This document shows positions 37,878 through 52,900 of a stretch of 64,000 nt of DNA, in pieces; the first letter of the stretch is position 1, and each line of letters begins with the position of its first letter. A program made the position numbers and the translations under genes. The notes below the pieces were generated by a model that saw only the letters and a list, made by a program, of their open reading frames with translations, was not told where the DNA came from and ran no database searches. The DNA is from Azolla caroliniana (lineage: Eukaryota; Plantae; Polypodiophyta): positions 18,848,001 through 18,912,000 of the forward strand of contig JBHGNT010000008.1 in the NCBI GenBank assembly GCA_043228905.1, read 5' to 3'.

Positions 37878-40800
37878 CTGGTTTTAGATTTTATTTACTA
37901 CCTGCGCAGTCCCGGCCTGCCCTGCCAATCGATGAGTACAATTCACGAGCCTTGCATAGAGCCGGCCGCCATGTCGTCTCGGCGGCAGCTTAGCGCAGCC
38001 CAAGCCCACATTTCTGCAGATTCTCTTAACCTAATTCTCTGCTATTTATATTTAGGTCTCTTTCTTTTTGGTTGCTTAGACTTTTGGTCTTTTTTTTGTT
38101 TTTTGTTTTGGCATTTTTTTTGGGTGTATTTAGAGATGCAAGCCTAGCAGTCGTGTCTTCATACAAATGAATTAATAAGGAAGAAGAAAAAGCAATTGCA
38201 CGAGGAATTAACGCAGCTTTGTTTGAAGAAGCTAATAATAAAAAAGAAATACTACTACTACTACTACTACTACAATTAGTAGGAGTAAATAAATGCTCTT
38301 CAATTCTAGTCTCACTAAGTGAAGCAAAGTGTATGTATGTACACACAAGAGAGTGAGAGAGAGAGAGAGAGAGAGATTGTAGAACAAATCTCCTTGTTTT
38401 TTAAAAGAAAAAGAAGAGTTGGGTGATGGGTCAATGACCTTAACATCCATTCGATTCAAAGAGCTAAGTATTTGAAGATAAATATATATCTATACGTTGA
38501 CAAGACAAAAAGGTTTGTCAAACCCTTACCCCTCACATTCCGGTCTTGTCGATCTCTAGTAAATGAGCTTCTGATCAATGCACGTAGCTTAACCTAACTA
38601 TTTGGAGACAAGGCTTTAATAACCCATGGATTCATGATGCAACTATGCTATAGGTAAATGAGAATAATCAAATTCACACTACACTATTTTATGTGAGCTG
38701 GCATTCTACTATACTATGTTGCGATGCAATATTAATCCTAATTGTGTACGAGTAATCTTCCCTTCATGATGAGGGGCTAAACTTTTGTGTGGGCATTTTG
38801 CAATGAATGTGCACTCAACCCATGCTAAATTTGAACACTTGTTGATGCATCCACAAGCTGATTGTGAATGGGTATGTGCAAACTTGATTTGGAATGAGTT
38901 AGTGATATTTTGATTAGGGATGGACATGTGATCCTCTTTCTATATTGCCGTATTCTTGAGGGCATTGTGGTTGTGATGTCCATTGGATGATTGTCTAAAT
39001 CTAAAGTTTGGCCATTAATTTAGCGTAACTTGAGTATGATTTTGTATTGTATGTGTGAAGGTTTATTGCAAGTGGATACAAACAAACCAATGCTAAAGCC
39101 ATATCCAAATATCTAGAATGATGATAAAAGATCATATATAAAATTTTGAGCTTTATTGCTTCCATTCCCTTTACTACCCATCTTGGCAAATTTCCAAATT
39201 CTCTTCACTTGGGTTCCTTGAGCTACATGAGTTGACGACACATTGTTCATTTCTATTGGCAAGGATGAAGAAGGTATGATGATTTCTAGTTTATATGATA
39301 AAATGCAAAACACTTGAATTTGTTTTATGAATAAAAAGTGCCCATGTGGAAAATTTAGGTTCATAAGCTCTTCTATTAGAAAAAACAAACTATTGAATGC
39401 CCTCAACAAAGATTTACCACGAAAGGCGAGAATTCGAGTGTAGCAAACATACTGTAATCTTGTTCTGAGCACATCTTATTGTATCTAGAAATTATATTTC
39501 ACTATAGATGTGACACTCTTTAACATTATAATTATTTTTAATGCGTGTAAGATATATGTCCTCACTCGTTGCTCAAGTTGTATGTTCCAAACCTTTTCCA
39601 AACATCAAGTTGAATGTTAATCATTGAATATCAAGTTGGTTTTTAGCTTATTGACACAAGCTTTCTGTTTCACACAAAAAGAAGTATAAAAAAAATCTAT
39701 TGATGATTGTGTATAGCCTAAAGAACAATGACAGTACATGCATGACCATATGGTTACTATAAAAGCTTGATGATGATTTTTTGCAATAAACTCATCATTG
39801 CATGGCCATATTTGGATGGAGACGTAAACCATGGTACTAGATTATCTTAATATTCATCGAAACTAGGGATTTTTTTTGGAAAAACTCCATCTGCATATAA
39901 TTTTCTAAAAGCCTTTACCTATCTATGGTAAAATAAAGTTAGCTACATTAATCGATACAATGCCCCTAAATAATCCAAATACGTCCACGAGTACAATATT
40001 TAGATTATGTTTGCGTACATTCGCATATCATGTTTTCAAAGTTCTTGATACGTATAGAGTCCAACTTCCCAAAATAGGATTTGTAGCAACCAAGTAGAAC
40101 AAATGCAACCGAAGTGTGACTATGACACAACCCATTTTATAATGTGAGTAATATGATGACTTTAATGCCATGATGTAAAACTTTGCGGCCTTATATCCAA
40201 ACACAAACAAAGCCATGTACAAAGAATTTTGATTGGATTTAAATAACATAATGTTACTTAATACAACAAATATAGATCAATTTGTTTATTCTATTCACAA
40301 ATCATTATGGCTAAATAAGCCACCAAAGTTAGGCTCACAAAAGTTCATCGAACTTTTGCTTCTTAAAACGATAGACTACCTTTTTAGTGAAGACGGGGTT
40401 CACAAACTTGTTACACGCTTCTCAATGTAGAAGGGAGATTGTGCGTTAGTCATTAGAGATTATACAATGTTCTTATATTTAGATCTTCATATTCTTTTAA
40501 TGTGAACAAATTATGCATCGTGAAATTCTAGCTTCTTATTTCAATCCCCATCTAAGCTTGATACAAATGACTATTGTACTATTTTTAAAACATAACAATG
40601 CCATAGATTAAATACAATAATGTTGATCACTTTGAATTTGCAAATCTACTATATTATGTAAAGTTCATCCTTGATTTTCTAACTTTGCAAAAACGATGGC
40701 AAAAGGTTATGTTATTAAACATTTGTGAAACATTGGGACATATGATTTATAATCTTTCTTAATGCAAATTCATGGTTGGTATAAGAATAGCCCCTTTTTC

Positions 40801-41533
40801 TATGTATAAGTTTCCTTTGTAGCTTAGAAAGATAGCGATGATAATCAAACCCATAGGCATATTTCGTCAACTTTAGAAAATCTATTTAGTTTCCAATTAA
40901 AATAGATGATTAATTTACCATGAATGCCACGTGGCAATCACGTATAGATGCCAAGGTGGCAACCATGCCTAGCCTCTATATCACTTGGACTAATGAAAGT
41001 TTGCCACAATCCACCACCAATGTGTTAGAGTAGGAGATCCTCTTGACTTCTTTGGTCTTCTCCCTAACTATCCTTCTTTTAGATATAATTTTTGGTTGCA
41101 CATAATTAACATTCTTTTTTGAAGGTGGATAGAATTTAAGATTAAGTAGCTATAAAAAAATGTAGATTGAGTTTCCTCAATCCATGGCATATTGTTCAAA
41201 TCATATTTGTTGCAATATGTATATGTGTTAAAAAAGGCACATACATATACACAAATTAAGGAAGCACGAACATACTTTAAGCAAGCTTCGATGAATTTTT
41301 ACTTTAACACATGATAGTGGATTCTGAAATATGTAAACCCAAGTTAATGTTAGTTGTCTTGTTGCATATGCAATATGAATGTATATTAGTAGTGAGTACA
41401 TGTCAAAGAGAGGCACATACAACAATGGTAAAGCATTTGTAAATTTGTTGTTGTAAACCTTGCCAAAAATTCCATAGTAACAGGTGATGAGATTTTCTCT
41501 AGACTATAAACATCATAAAAGATTGCATGTAGT

Positions 41534-41564
<31 letters not shown>

Positions 41565-44500
41565 CATAGACACACACATTTGGGAAACATTATACACATA
41601 AGCCCTAACCAAGCTCCTATGAACTTTTATTGGTTTTCCCCTATTATGAAAATTTCCTTTTGAATTTGTGGACTATTTCTTGAAAAATCATAGTTGGTGT
41701 AAATAATATGCAAATGTGGTTTTTGAGATCTTATTCTCATGAACCATGAGTGATTCAAGGTGGTCAGGAAAGAGGTTTGAAGATTATGAGGTGAGCTTAG
41801 ATTTCTTTGTCATGAGATGATACATAAAATTTGCCAAAACAAGGAGATGTATTATGTTACATCTTTTGGGAACTTTTAGTCACAGTGTTTGATTTGTTGA
41901 GAAAGAAGAGACATTCAACATTAAAAACATTCTCTGTTAGAATTTGTGTGCAAAAGAATTACATTATATTGTCTAATGGTAATACATTATATGCAGCTTA
42001 ATATGTTCCATTCAAACACAATCCATGTACCTCATTATCTCATAAAATGATGGAATCACTAATGAATCCATGATAAGAATGTCTTAGTTGTAGCATCACA
42101 CATATAGATAATGAATATTTTGTGAAAGCTTACATTATATTGATTATTGCAAGGTTTATACAAAAACTAGAGCAAAAAGCAATTAAAAGATATGTGGGAA
42201 AAAGGTTCACAAACCTTGACATTTGCATTCAATTGTTTCTCATAATAAAAACATCGAAGACCAACAATAATGTTGTGTAAAGATAAAGAACTCAAAAGTA
42301 TTCATGACTCAACCCATTTGTTGCCCATACAATATTGATATCTTAAGAAAAAGGAATGAAAACTATTTAGGAAGAACTAATACAAGCAACAAAATATTTG
42401 TGTATATTTATTATGTATGGTTAGGGTTCTCACCCAAAAACCCCTAATGGTAGTTTTAAGTTATGCAAATTTATGATTATTCCATTTAATAAATAAACAT
42501 GTTTGGGGTAAGTCAATGTCTGATCTAAAATGGTTAGTATTGCCATCTCAATATGGATGTTTAGTCTATCTCAATATATATGATCTGTCTATGTCAATAG
42601 CCATTATGTGCAAGTTTGGGCATCAATATGGATGTTACCATTTGTAATTAGAAGTTATGGTTGTCATGTGCATCCAATATTTTAACTACAAATCTACAAA
42701 TTAGTGCCACAATGTGGATGTCGAAGTATACAAAGCAACAGTTCTAAGCGAAACCTAACTAATGGGAAAGTAGCTTCATTTTGGAAAAGAAAAAAACAAT
42801 TGTAAGCGAAATGTCTTGTGATTCCTCAAATTAGAGATATGTAGGTGCTTCTCGTCCATTTTCTTGCCTATGCATTTCATTGTAGGTAGTAAATAAAAGA
42901 AAGAAGACAGAGACAATGTCGTGAAAAAGATAACCATTTTCTGCAAAAGTGATCACCAAAGTTTTGATAAAATAGTTCTCAATATCTTGAAGTTCAATTT
43001 AAGGGAAGTTCACACAAACATTCCTAGAGCAATTATACAATGGTAAAAACAACATAAAAATATAAGGCTATGAGCTCAAGCCCTAAATTTTGATTCAATG
43101 GGGTTTGTACATGATGGTTATGTTGCAATGTTAACACAAACGCTTGCTATTTCTTGGCATTATCGAAGCCATTTCATGAAGTAGTGTTTCACCTATACCC
43201 AAATGTCGCAGTATTTTGAATGGAAAGAATCAACATCACCCCTCGTAGTGTGAACCCACAATTTCTTTTATGTTTCGTTAACTTCATTTATATTTATGCA
43301 CATGGATAGTATCAAATAATAATTATAAATGCGTTCTTGTGCTCCTAATACATGCTAATTAACAATTACTATATTGTAGGCTAATTGTGAGGGCCTAGAG
43401 AGTGAGACTGTGTCTATGGAAGAGCAATTTTAATAAATATTAAAATGCGGGTTTAACCATGTGAGGTATATCCACTTTTTGACCGAGTACTTTCAGAAAA
43501 TACTAAGGGCAACATCAATTTCACCTCTAATACAAGGCATAATATCGGCCTTGCAATAACATTCTTAGAAATAATGAGTGTAACATCAATGTTACCTCTA
43601 GTGCAAGGCGAAGATATTACCATAAACACAAGGGGAAAATAAAGACCAAGATAAGAGCGTTACATGATAACAAGGCTAGCAAGAATGAGAGGGAGGGAGA
43701 GAGAGAGGTGGCAAAGACATTAAATGCAATAAATGATAATAGGACAACATTCAAGGATTTTACGGTAGGGCAAGTTATTTATTCCGATATAGGCTTTTGT
43801 ATGCGAGTTACTTGGCATATGTATATGCATTAACGAAGTATATCTACTATATTCTTCTAAGGCTAACAACCTTCGATCCAAATCTTGGCATGAAATGGAC
43901 ATGTGGGATTGCTTTTTATAGATTCTATTTATGTGATTAATTGTCTGGCCTCTCATGACCTCCTTTAATGCAAATTATAAAGGAAAAACTTTATAAGATC
44001 GTTTTTAGAATGCTTTTACATTTGTTCAAGAAATTTACCCCAGCTTGTGTGAGAATATTGATATAACTTCATGGAGCAACTATAAGGTTGGCCCTAAAAC
44101 AACTCGTACTTTGGCAATATCATTCCATGAAATTGATAAAACAAGTGGGAGACTAGATTTCATACTTTTTCAGGGCCATGGCCCATGGTGTGGCATAAAG
44201 GATGTCCACATCAAACATGAAGTCCATGCTCGTGCTGCCTCTAACCATGAAGGAGGTGAGAAAGAAAAGATGAAAGAAGACAAAAGAGACAAAGAGAAGT
44301 CATGAAAGGTAGTACTCCCTTCATATACCACACAACCTCATGTCCAAATTGTGTTCACCCATGTAGTTCTCCACAAAATCCATGATCAATTGTTAGCTTA
44401 GGACTTATTTCCCCTTCAGTTTGAGATCACTATGGATCTTCTAGGGGAAACTAACAAAACAAGCTGACGGGTTTGTCGATGCTAATTGTCTATCTGTCAC

Positions 44501-47500
44501 CCACACGATGACTTGACATATAGGACCCAAACTAGATCCCATCTTCTCACACTCTTTGTTTACTTTACATCTCTCTTTGTTCAGATGCCCTCTCATTTTC
44601 CCCTTGATAGTTATTGAACACCCAAAGGGTTGTCATACTTGCATGAGTTAACACACTCAAAAAACTAATTGATAACACTATCCAAACACTACTACAAATA
44701 GGGAAATGATTGGGGTGTCCTTTTTTCACAAAAATGCAATGTTAAGGATCACAGAAAGTGTGTTATTAATAGAATTACATAACATTTCAATGTTAAAATG
44801 CATAGGTAAATGTTGGGGTTAAAAATCCGCCTTAATTCTTTTTATAAGAGGAGGGAATTTATAATCCCCTTTTTCTTATTCTTCTTCCCTTGTCATCGAT
44901 CAATCCAATGATTCTACATGCACACAAAAATGGGTGCCAATAGCTCTAAAACAAAGATTATGTTTGTGAAGAGACAAATATGGATAAACCATGCATATTA
45001 TGTACAATAATAAACCACTTGAAAGTATGGAAAGCTTTAAATACTTGACCTTGAAATTCCTCCAAATTATAGGTGGAGTGAACATGCCACCTGCTACCTA
45101 GAGGTAGGAAAGAGCATATTATGCATTCGAGAACACATGCAATCATAGAGAAATTAAGTGTTAGTTCTTTGAGAAATACCTTTTCCACAATTTGGTGACA
45201 CTAATGCTTCTCTTTGGGGTGCATGTATGAGACTTTATGGGGTGAAATTATAGATGGAGTGAACATGTTACCCGCTCCCTAAAATCCGTTGGAAAGAGTT
45301 TGAAAATGTCCAAAAGAATTTTCTTTCAAAGTTTCTCCAAATCAAGAAACAAATGTCATACAGACACCTATAGTCTACTTCTTGAGACAATGTGGTGATG
45401 TGGTGAGTATATATGAGGAAATGAGTTAGACTAAACATATATAAAAGGTTGAAGGATAGGGAAAAGGTATGACAAGAAGGACAAAAGACGTCAAAAACAA
45501 CAGAAAGATTTAGCTCATTCATTGAGAGTTTACACTATGAATGAAAGGTTAAGGGTTTCAGTACTATTAAAAGTTACTCGAAAACTCGAACAAACATTGA
45601 TAGGGTAAATGGGAAGAATGTAAATGAATGGACATGGACATTGTAATTTTTCTCACACTAGGCGCTCAAGGGAAAGGAGTGCATGCTAAAACAAGAGTTA
45701 CTATTTTAATTTCATGAAAAGCTCAAGGGCTCTTTTACCAAAGAGGCAATCTTGTTGGTCCTCAGAATTTAAACTCGAAGATATCCCTCCAAAGTTCTAC
45801 TTGCATATCTGATATCTCTATATATTCTTTGTTTATCTACCTCTCAAGCAATTCCATTAACGAAGTTGAGAAAAACTCATAGTATTTTGCCTTTTTAATA
45901 TTCATATAAAATGAAATTCGGTAAACCATTATCTAATTCTATTCATTATTGAACAAGGACCGAGTTGGATTTTTTGGCTTAGAAAATAGAGATTGGGACA
46001 CAAATTCTTACCTCTAAGCAAAAAGTTATGAACTTATTTGTAATTTTTGTACAACGAGAGTCAAACCCACGACAATGAACAAGGTAGACGTCTTGTCCAC
46101 TAGATAGCACCCTAAGAGGAAAGGGAAAACATATTTTTCTTATCCATTTCTTCCCCCAAAGGGCCCCGTGGGTGGGTACTTTTGAAGTTTATAAAAAATT
46201 GTAGCTCTCTATTGAGGGCTAACCTCAAGGTTGCCACCTTTATTACGATCATAATATGCTACCAACCACCGCTATTATTGGTGCTCCCGGCACCAATAAA
46301 TGACCCCTCCTCTTCGGTCACCACTTGGTGGATAAAACACGGACTTCAGTTGGCGTAGTAGGTTCAACTTCCATCATTCGAAATTTTACGTATCTTCATA
46401 ACTTTTCACTCAAAGGTTAGAATCAAGATCCGGAAACTCCACCATGGCACTTAAGGTGAAATTTTCGTGTCTGCGTTATGACTTTCCTGAGATGGTAATT
46501 CAATTTTCGTCTTTTGTTGATTAAGCACCCGAATCACATATAACTTTGCAGCCCAAATTGGAATCACACAATACAAATTTTGTTACGATCCTTGTTCGAT
46601 AACAATAATATTAGATAATATATTTTCTGAAATTAAATTTATATGAATATCAAAAGGGCAGAATAAATCAAAGGTTTAATTTCAATCAAATAGGTTTTCT
46701 TGACTCTGTTACATGGAATGGCTTGAGAGGCAGTAGATAAAGAAGATATAGGTTTTTGATACGCGAGTAGAGCTTCAGAAGGATATCCTTGAGTTCTAAT
46801 TCAAAGGACCAATAAGAAGGCTTTGTTGCCTCTTGTCGAGATTCATTACCCCGGTGTCGTGAAGGATTCCGGCCATAGGAAGAAAAAAGGGCTGGATGCG
46901 CATGAACAGGGGTGTGCATGGATGCACACAAAACTATCTTTATGTACAAACATGTGTAAATATTAGTTTGAGTGTTGATGAATACTAGGTAGGAGTGATT
47001 TAATAGGTACTTTATGGCAACATGGATAAAGGAATAAAGCTAATTGACTGGAGGAGATCGAGGAGAGAATCAGGGACTAAAACAGTTGTCTTAACGGCCT
47101 GACGTAACGACTCCTCTCTCTCTTCGGGAGATATGAAAGGGGGGGGGGGGGGGGGGGGAGGTTGAGACGAGACCACGAAATGGGAGAACGAAGTGCTGCT
47201 GGACTGAGCTCTACAAGTTTCTGTTTTCTCTATTTTCGGTTGTGGTGTTGTGAGGCCTCCGTTTCGTGCTGGTAGCCTTTGTGCTCCTGATCAGAGGCTC
47301 ACTAACGTCTGTGTGTGTGGGTGTGGCGAGCTCGAAGCTCTGTTGTCGGCTGAGTCTGGTTGTAATTCTCTTCCATAGATTAATAGACTACCTCGTTGTT
47401 TCCGGATTTTTGTCTTTCATGTCTGTGTTCTTATCTCCGTGCCTTCTTGTTTGCTCGTGTGTGGCCGAGGGTGTGAGCCCGTGAGCTCATTGCTTGCTAA

Positions 47501-47719
47501 CCGGCAACAAGTTCAGAGCAATACACTTCTATGAGCTTGTGCGTTCACCGTCCGACATCTGGATTCAGGCCTAGATTGAATATGAGTCCGAACCGCGCTC
47601 CGGCAAAATTATCTAGACACCAATTCGGAACATCTCTCTTCCCTTACAGGCTTCTTGGTTTAAGACCCCGGTGGTCCTGCCCTGTTTCGACACATCCACG
47701 CGGAATACCGCGACATATT

Positions 47720-47737
47720 TGGTGAACCCGACTTGAA
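47720..47737 (+). other. Primer binding site complementary to cytosolic tRNA-Trp
   Basis: TGGTGAACCCGACTTGAA lies 4 nt after the LTR end. It matches 17/18 to the complement of the plant tRNA-Trp(CCA) 3' end (...TTCACGTCGGGTTCACCA, recalled from memory). Confidence 0.8.
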
Positions 47738-48428
47738 CAAGCGGCAAGGGAGGATGAGGATGGAAGATCAAGACTTCACGGAAGTAATCACAAGGATAGT
47801 GATGGATTTCGTATGGGAAAAAGAAAGACGATACGTGACTCAAGAAGCTGTCGAGAGCGTGGTCAAACGAATCAGCCAATTCAACGAGGACGAGGTCCCA
47901 AATTTTTTGAGTGCCTACAATGACAAGATGACGAAGAGGGATGTTGATGACACAACAAGGCTAGAGTATTTTTGTCGGGTGGTGACCGTATTGATACACA
48001 AAGAAGTCAAAGAGCTTCAAGAAGCTCATGAGTCGTGGGAGTCCTTCAAGGGAGCTCTATTGGAGGCATGCAGGTATGAGAAACCGAAGGGGCAAGGTTA
48101 GCGGGAGTTCAACCAATGGGTAGCATTGGTGAAGACCCATTGGAGCGCAATGCAAGTATTCCAAGAGATCAAGCATTGTTTTGCTCAACTCTTGGAGCTA
48201 AATCGAAGATTGGTGGGGGTGGATAAGGTCCTATTATTTTTTAAGTTGGTCGATCGAAAAGAAAGGATGGCCATTTTACTTGAACTCGAAGACGATGATG
48301 GAGCAAACGGCCTCACCAAGGATTGGACCGAAGTAAAGGGGGTATGCCGGCGACATGATGAGAAGCGGATGGGGACATTGTCCGCCACACAATATGGCCC
48401 ACGAGCGGTAGTTAAAAGAGGGTGGTAA
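47733..48428 (+). pseudogene. Gag capsid-like coding region of the non-autonomous element
   Basis: Directly follows the PBS. Helical protein with F...EV..FL..Y and SWESFKGALLEA, typical of retrotransposon capsids; one in-frame stop. Confidence 0.6.
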
Positions 48429-49937
48429 GTGACGACGCACTACCACCGAAAGAGGAGATCTTATCGCGGAAGGGTCCGATGGTGCTCGACATAAATGCAT
48501 TGATAAGGGAGGCGTACGAGATCATGAAGATGCGGGTCGAAGCCGAAGAAGGGTCTATTATAGAGTCGGGCTCAAGAGGACCGGATGATGAGGAGGAAAT
48601 CGCCTCCTCGACAACGAAGGACGGGGCCTATGCGGAGGTCGAAGGACGGTACCACAGGAGACGATGTGGAGCAAGGCACCCTCTCGTCTTGCGGAGAGAT
48701 GACAACCAAGGATAAGGCCGGGAACTATGGAGTGATAAACGCCGCTTCGGGGGTGGACGGATTTTTCGGGACGTGGTTGTCCGAAACATCGAATGAAGAG
48801 GATAGAACCATAATCGAAGCTTGCCTGATCAAGGAAGGAGATGAAGAGATAGTCATGGATAGTGACACCGAGGCGAAGGTTGATATGGACGGGTCGTTGG
48901 TGAGTGATGGTGCCGACACATTGCCCACATCAGTTCTTGAGACTTCAGCGGTTGTGCCCGAGAGCCAACAGGAGACCGGAGAGACGGAAGGTGGAAGAGG
49001 GAAAGCAGAAGACCGAAACGGTGATGAGGCCGACAAGGTGATGAACTACGAATGAAGGGATTCCTCCACATTGGTTTTGGAGACTTCGGTAGTTGTGCCT
49101 GAGAGCCAACATGAGACCAAAGAAAAGGAAGGTGGTGGCGAGGAGATGAGGGTCAAAGCCGATGCATACGAAGGCGAGGTGACCGACGAGGAGGCCAAGG
49201 GAAAAGCCGCGGTAGAGTATGATGGAGAGGCGCGAAGTGGCAAAGAAAGAAGAGTCAGGAACCAATTCGACCGAAAGTCGATCTGGTTGGTAATCTAGAC
49301 CGGACGGAAGATGATTTGAACGGGAGCCGATCAATCAAGACCGACTTGAAAGGGGGCCGACTCGCTCAAAACCGATCAACCAAGCCCGACCCAAAAGAGG
49401 GCCGACTTGGTCAAAACCGATGAGCCGAGCTCGATTCTGCCAAATGCGAATGCGGGCGAAGGAGCCGAGAACTGAATGGTCGAGACTGATCTGGAAAAGG
49501 GTTAAGCCAGCCTAATCGGAGATCAAGGCGAACAATCCACAAAACCCCATTCAAGTAGGTGAGCATGAGGAGGAGGCCAAGAGGGCATGAAAACTGTGAC
49601 TAAGAGGAAGACCGAGGGCGAGAGGAACCCTCCACACCTATTCTTGAGACTTCGGCGTGTTGGGAAATAGGTCCCTCTGGATGGGATCGGGATGAGAACC
49701 GGATGAACCGGATCGGATGAGATGAAGGAAGGAACCAGATCGGATGGATCCGGAAGGAGTTCGGCTGGATCTAGTATAAACCAGCAAATGGGAACATATT
49801 AGTAAATATGTTTAGATGTGATTGTTGAGGTCATATTTGTAAATAGCCCCAAAGTTATATAAGTATAAATATAACTAGGGAAATATTGTTTGTGTTGCAG
49901 ATCATCACTATAGTTGTTGCAATTATTATTCTTTGTT

Positions 49938-49971
<34 letters not shown>

Positions 49972-49976
<5 letters not shown>

Positions 49977-52900
49977 TGATAACACTCACATCATGCATCG
50001 AAAGGATCATGACACTCACATTATGACTTGAAAGGATTTGAACCCACGACCTGGTTGTACACATGTCAAATCCTTAACCATTGTATTAGTATTCTAATAT
50101 GTATAGTTTTTAGAATATGAAATCTAATATCATAGGAATATTCTACATTCTAGAATGACCTAGAATATTCTAGAGTGTTCTATACCACTAGAACCTTCTA
50201 GAATACTCTAGAGATCTTCTAGATTACTCTACATTCTAGGATAACCTAGAATATTCTAGAGTGTTCTCTATTACTTATAAATAGGGATCTACCACTCATC
50301 CCAAACCTAAATTGGTTCAAATTGTCAAGGAGTTTTTAGATGTCTTTGATAAGGTGAAGGCCAATACATTGCCGGAGCATCGGCCATACGACTGCCCTAT
50401 TGACTTACAACCAGGGAAAGAACCTCCATGGGGCCCTATTTATAATCTCTCCCTTGTAGAGCTAGAGACTTTGTGGGAATATATTGATGAGAATCTGGCA
50501 AACGGATTCATTTGGCATTCGAGATCCCCTGCTGGTGCACCTATCTTCTTCGCTAAGAAGAAGAATGGGACTCTTCGGTTGGTCGTGGATTATCGAGGGC
50601 TAAACAAAGTGACTATCCGAAATAGATACACTCTACCATTAATCCTGAATCTTTTGGAACGTCTTAGTGGTGCAAAATATTTCACGAAGTTGGACCTTCG
50701 CGGAGCATATAATCTAGTTCGGGTTCGCCCGGGGGATGAATGGAAGACAACTTTTCGCACTCGCTATGGACATTTTGAGTATACTGTGATGCCATTCAAT
50801 CTCAAGAATGCACCTGTTGTTTTCCAACATATGGCGAACGATATTTTTTGAGATTTTCTTGATATCTTCACTATAGTTTACCTAGATGATATTTTAATCT
50901 ACTCGAAGACCCAAGAGGAGCATGACGAACATGTTCGTCAGGTACTGTGTCGACTCCGAGAATATGGTCTCTATGCAAAATTAGAAAAGTGTAGTTTTAG
51001 CCAGAATCAAGTGGAATTTTTGGTGTATGTTGTATCATCGGATGGTATTGCTATGGAACCCATGAAGGTACAAGCAATTTTAGAGTGGCAAACGCCCCTT
51101 TCAGTGCATGATGTGCAATGTTTTCTCGGGTTTGCAAATTTTTATCGAAAATTTATTAAAGATTATTCGAAGGTTGTGCTTCCACTTACTCAACTCACAC
51201 ATAAAGATCAACCATTTATATGGATTTCAGATACAACCGAGGCATTCGAAAGCTTAAAACAAGCATTTACAACGACACTCATCTTAGCACATGTCGACCC
51301 AACAAAACGCATCATCCTCGAAGCCGATGCATCCGATATCGCACTAGGAAGTGTCCTCTCACAGACTGGAGATGATGGACAGCTACACTATGTCGCCTTT
51401 CATTCACGAAAGTTTGAAGCTGTAGAGATCAACTACGAGATGCATGACAAAGAGCTTCTTGCAATTGTGGATTCGTTTCAACAATGACGACATTTTCTAG
51501 AAGGTTCTTCTCAACAGATCATTGTCTACAATGATCATAAGAACCTGACTTATTTCCAAAATGCTCGAGTCTTGAGTCGGCGACAAGCCCGATGGGCGCA
51601 ATTTTTGACTCACTTCGACTTTATCATCATATATCGCCCTGGGATGTAGCAAGGCAAAGCAGATGCTCTTTCTCGGCGCTCTTATATGGAACTTCGTCCA
51701 GGGGAACCTGCATTTGAGCATAAAAAACAAATCCTTTTGGGTCCTAATTGATTACGATTAATGGTAGTTAACGCCATAACAACTCTTGAAAATTCCACTC
51801 TTCTTGACTCCATTCGAGATCATATGGCCACTGATGATTTCGCCAAGGATGTTTTGGATCATATCGTCCCGGATCGAGCTTCTTGCTCACGGTCGTAATG
51901 ATTGTCGTCAGTTCTATTGGCATGGTGGTTTTTTGTTTCGACAAAATCTATTGTATGTTCCTGATGGTCCTCCACGACTACAAGTTTTACAACATTGCCA
52001 TGACTCACCAATGGCTGGTCATTTTGGAGTTCGCAAAACTTTAGAATTAATTTCTCAACGCTATTGGTGGCCTCGCCTTCCTCATTTTGTTGAGAAGTAT
52101 GTTCGGAGTTGTGATATATGTTGTCGATCAAAGAGTCCTCGTCACCGATCCTATGGCTTACTACAACCACTTCCCATTTCGGAAACTCCTTGGAAGTCTA
52201 TATCCTTGGACTTCATTACTGATCTCCCAGTTTCAAAAGGTTTTGATGCAATTCTCAAAGTGGTTGATCAATTTACCAAAATGGCACATTTCTTGCCATG
52301 TACAAAGTCGATTACTAGTCAAGAGGCGGCTGATCTCATTATGTGGGAGGTATTTAAGCATCATGGTCTGCCGGAGGATATTATTAGTGATCGTGGTCCA
52401 CAATTCATCTCAAAGTTTTGGAAGCACATGTTCAAACTTCTCCACATTTCAGTTAAGCTTTCTTCGGGCTATCATCCTGAAACAAATGGCCAAACTAAGC
52501 ATACCAACTAGACGTTGGAACAATATCTTCGTTGTTTCATCAACTATCAACAAGATGATTGGGTTGATTTTTTGCACTTGGCGGAATTCTCTTACAACAA
52601 CTCAGCCCATTCTTCTACAGGATATTCCCCATTTTTCGCAAATACGGGCTGTCATCCTCGGTGGACGATGAATGCGCATCCAGATGTTCCTACCAACCCT
52701 GCTACCGAGGATCATCTTAATCGCCTCCAAGAAATTCACGCTACTATTCTCCACAATTTGCATGATGCTCAAGTTACACACAAGAGGCTTGCCGATGTCA
52801 TCGTCTAGACTCCTCAAAAAAGTTCCACGTTGGGGATCATGTATGGCTTCTCCAACACAACATCAAAACCAGTCGACCTTGCGGAATATTGGATTACCAA

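Noticed and set aside
37700-38050. Telomerase RNA gene (template-like AACCCTAAACC)
   Set aside because: There is no correctly placed USE plus TATA Pol III promoter upstream, and the motif is duplicated and looks like a telo-box.
40925-40965. Palindromic G-box TGCCACGTGGCA as a regulatory site
   Set aside because: It is isolated, ~4 kb from the gene and within repeat-like DNA where such motifs are common.
38700-45600. Decayed DNA-transposon or LINE coding sequence in the AT-rich block
   Set aside because: It looks like eroded coding DNA in places, but I could not identify any diagnostic motif, TIR or TSD. A profile search would be needed.
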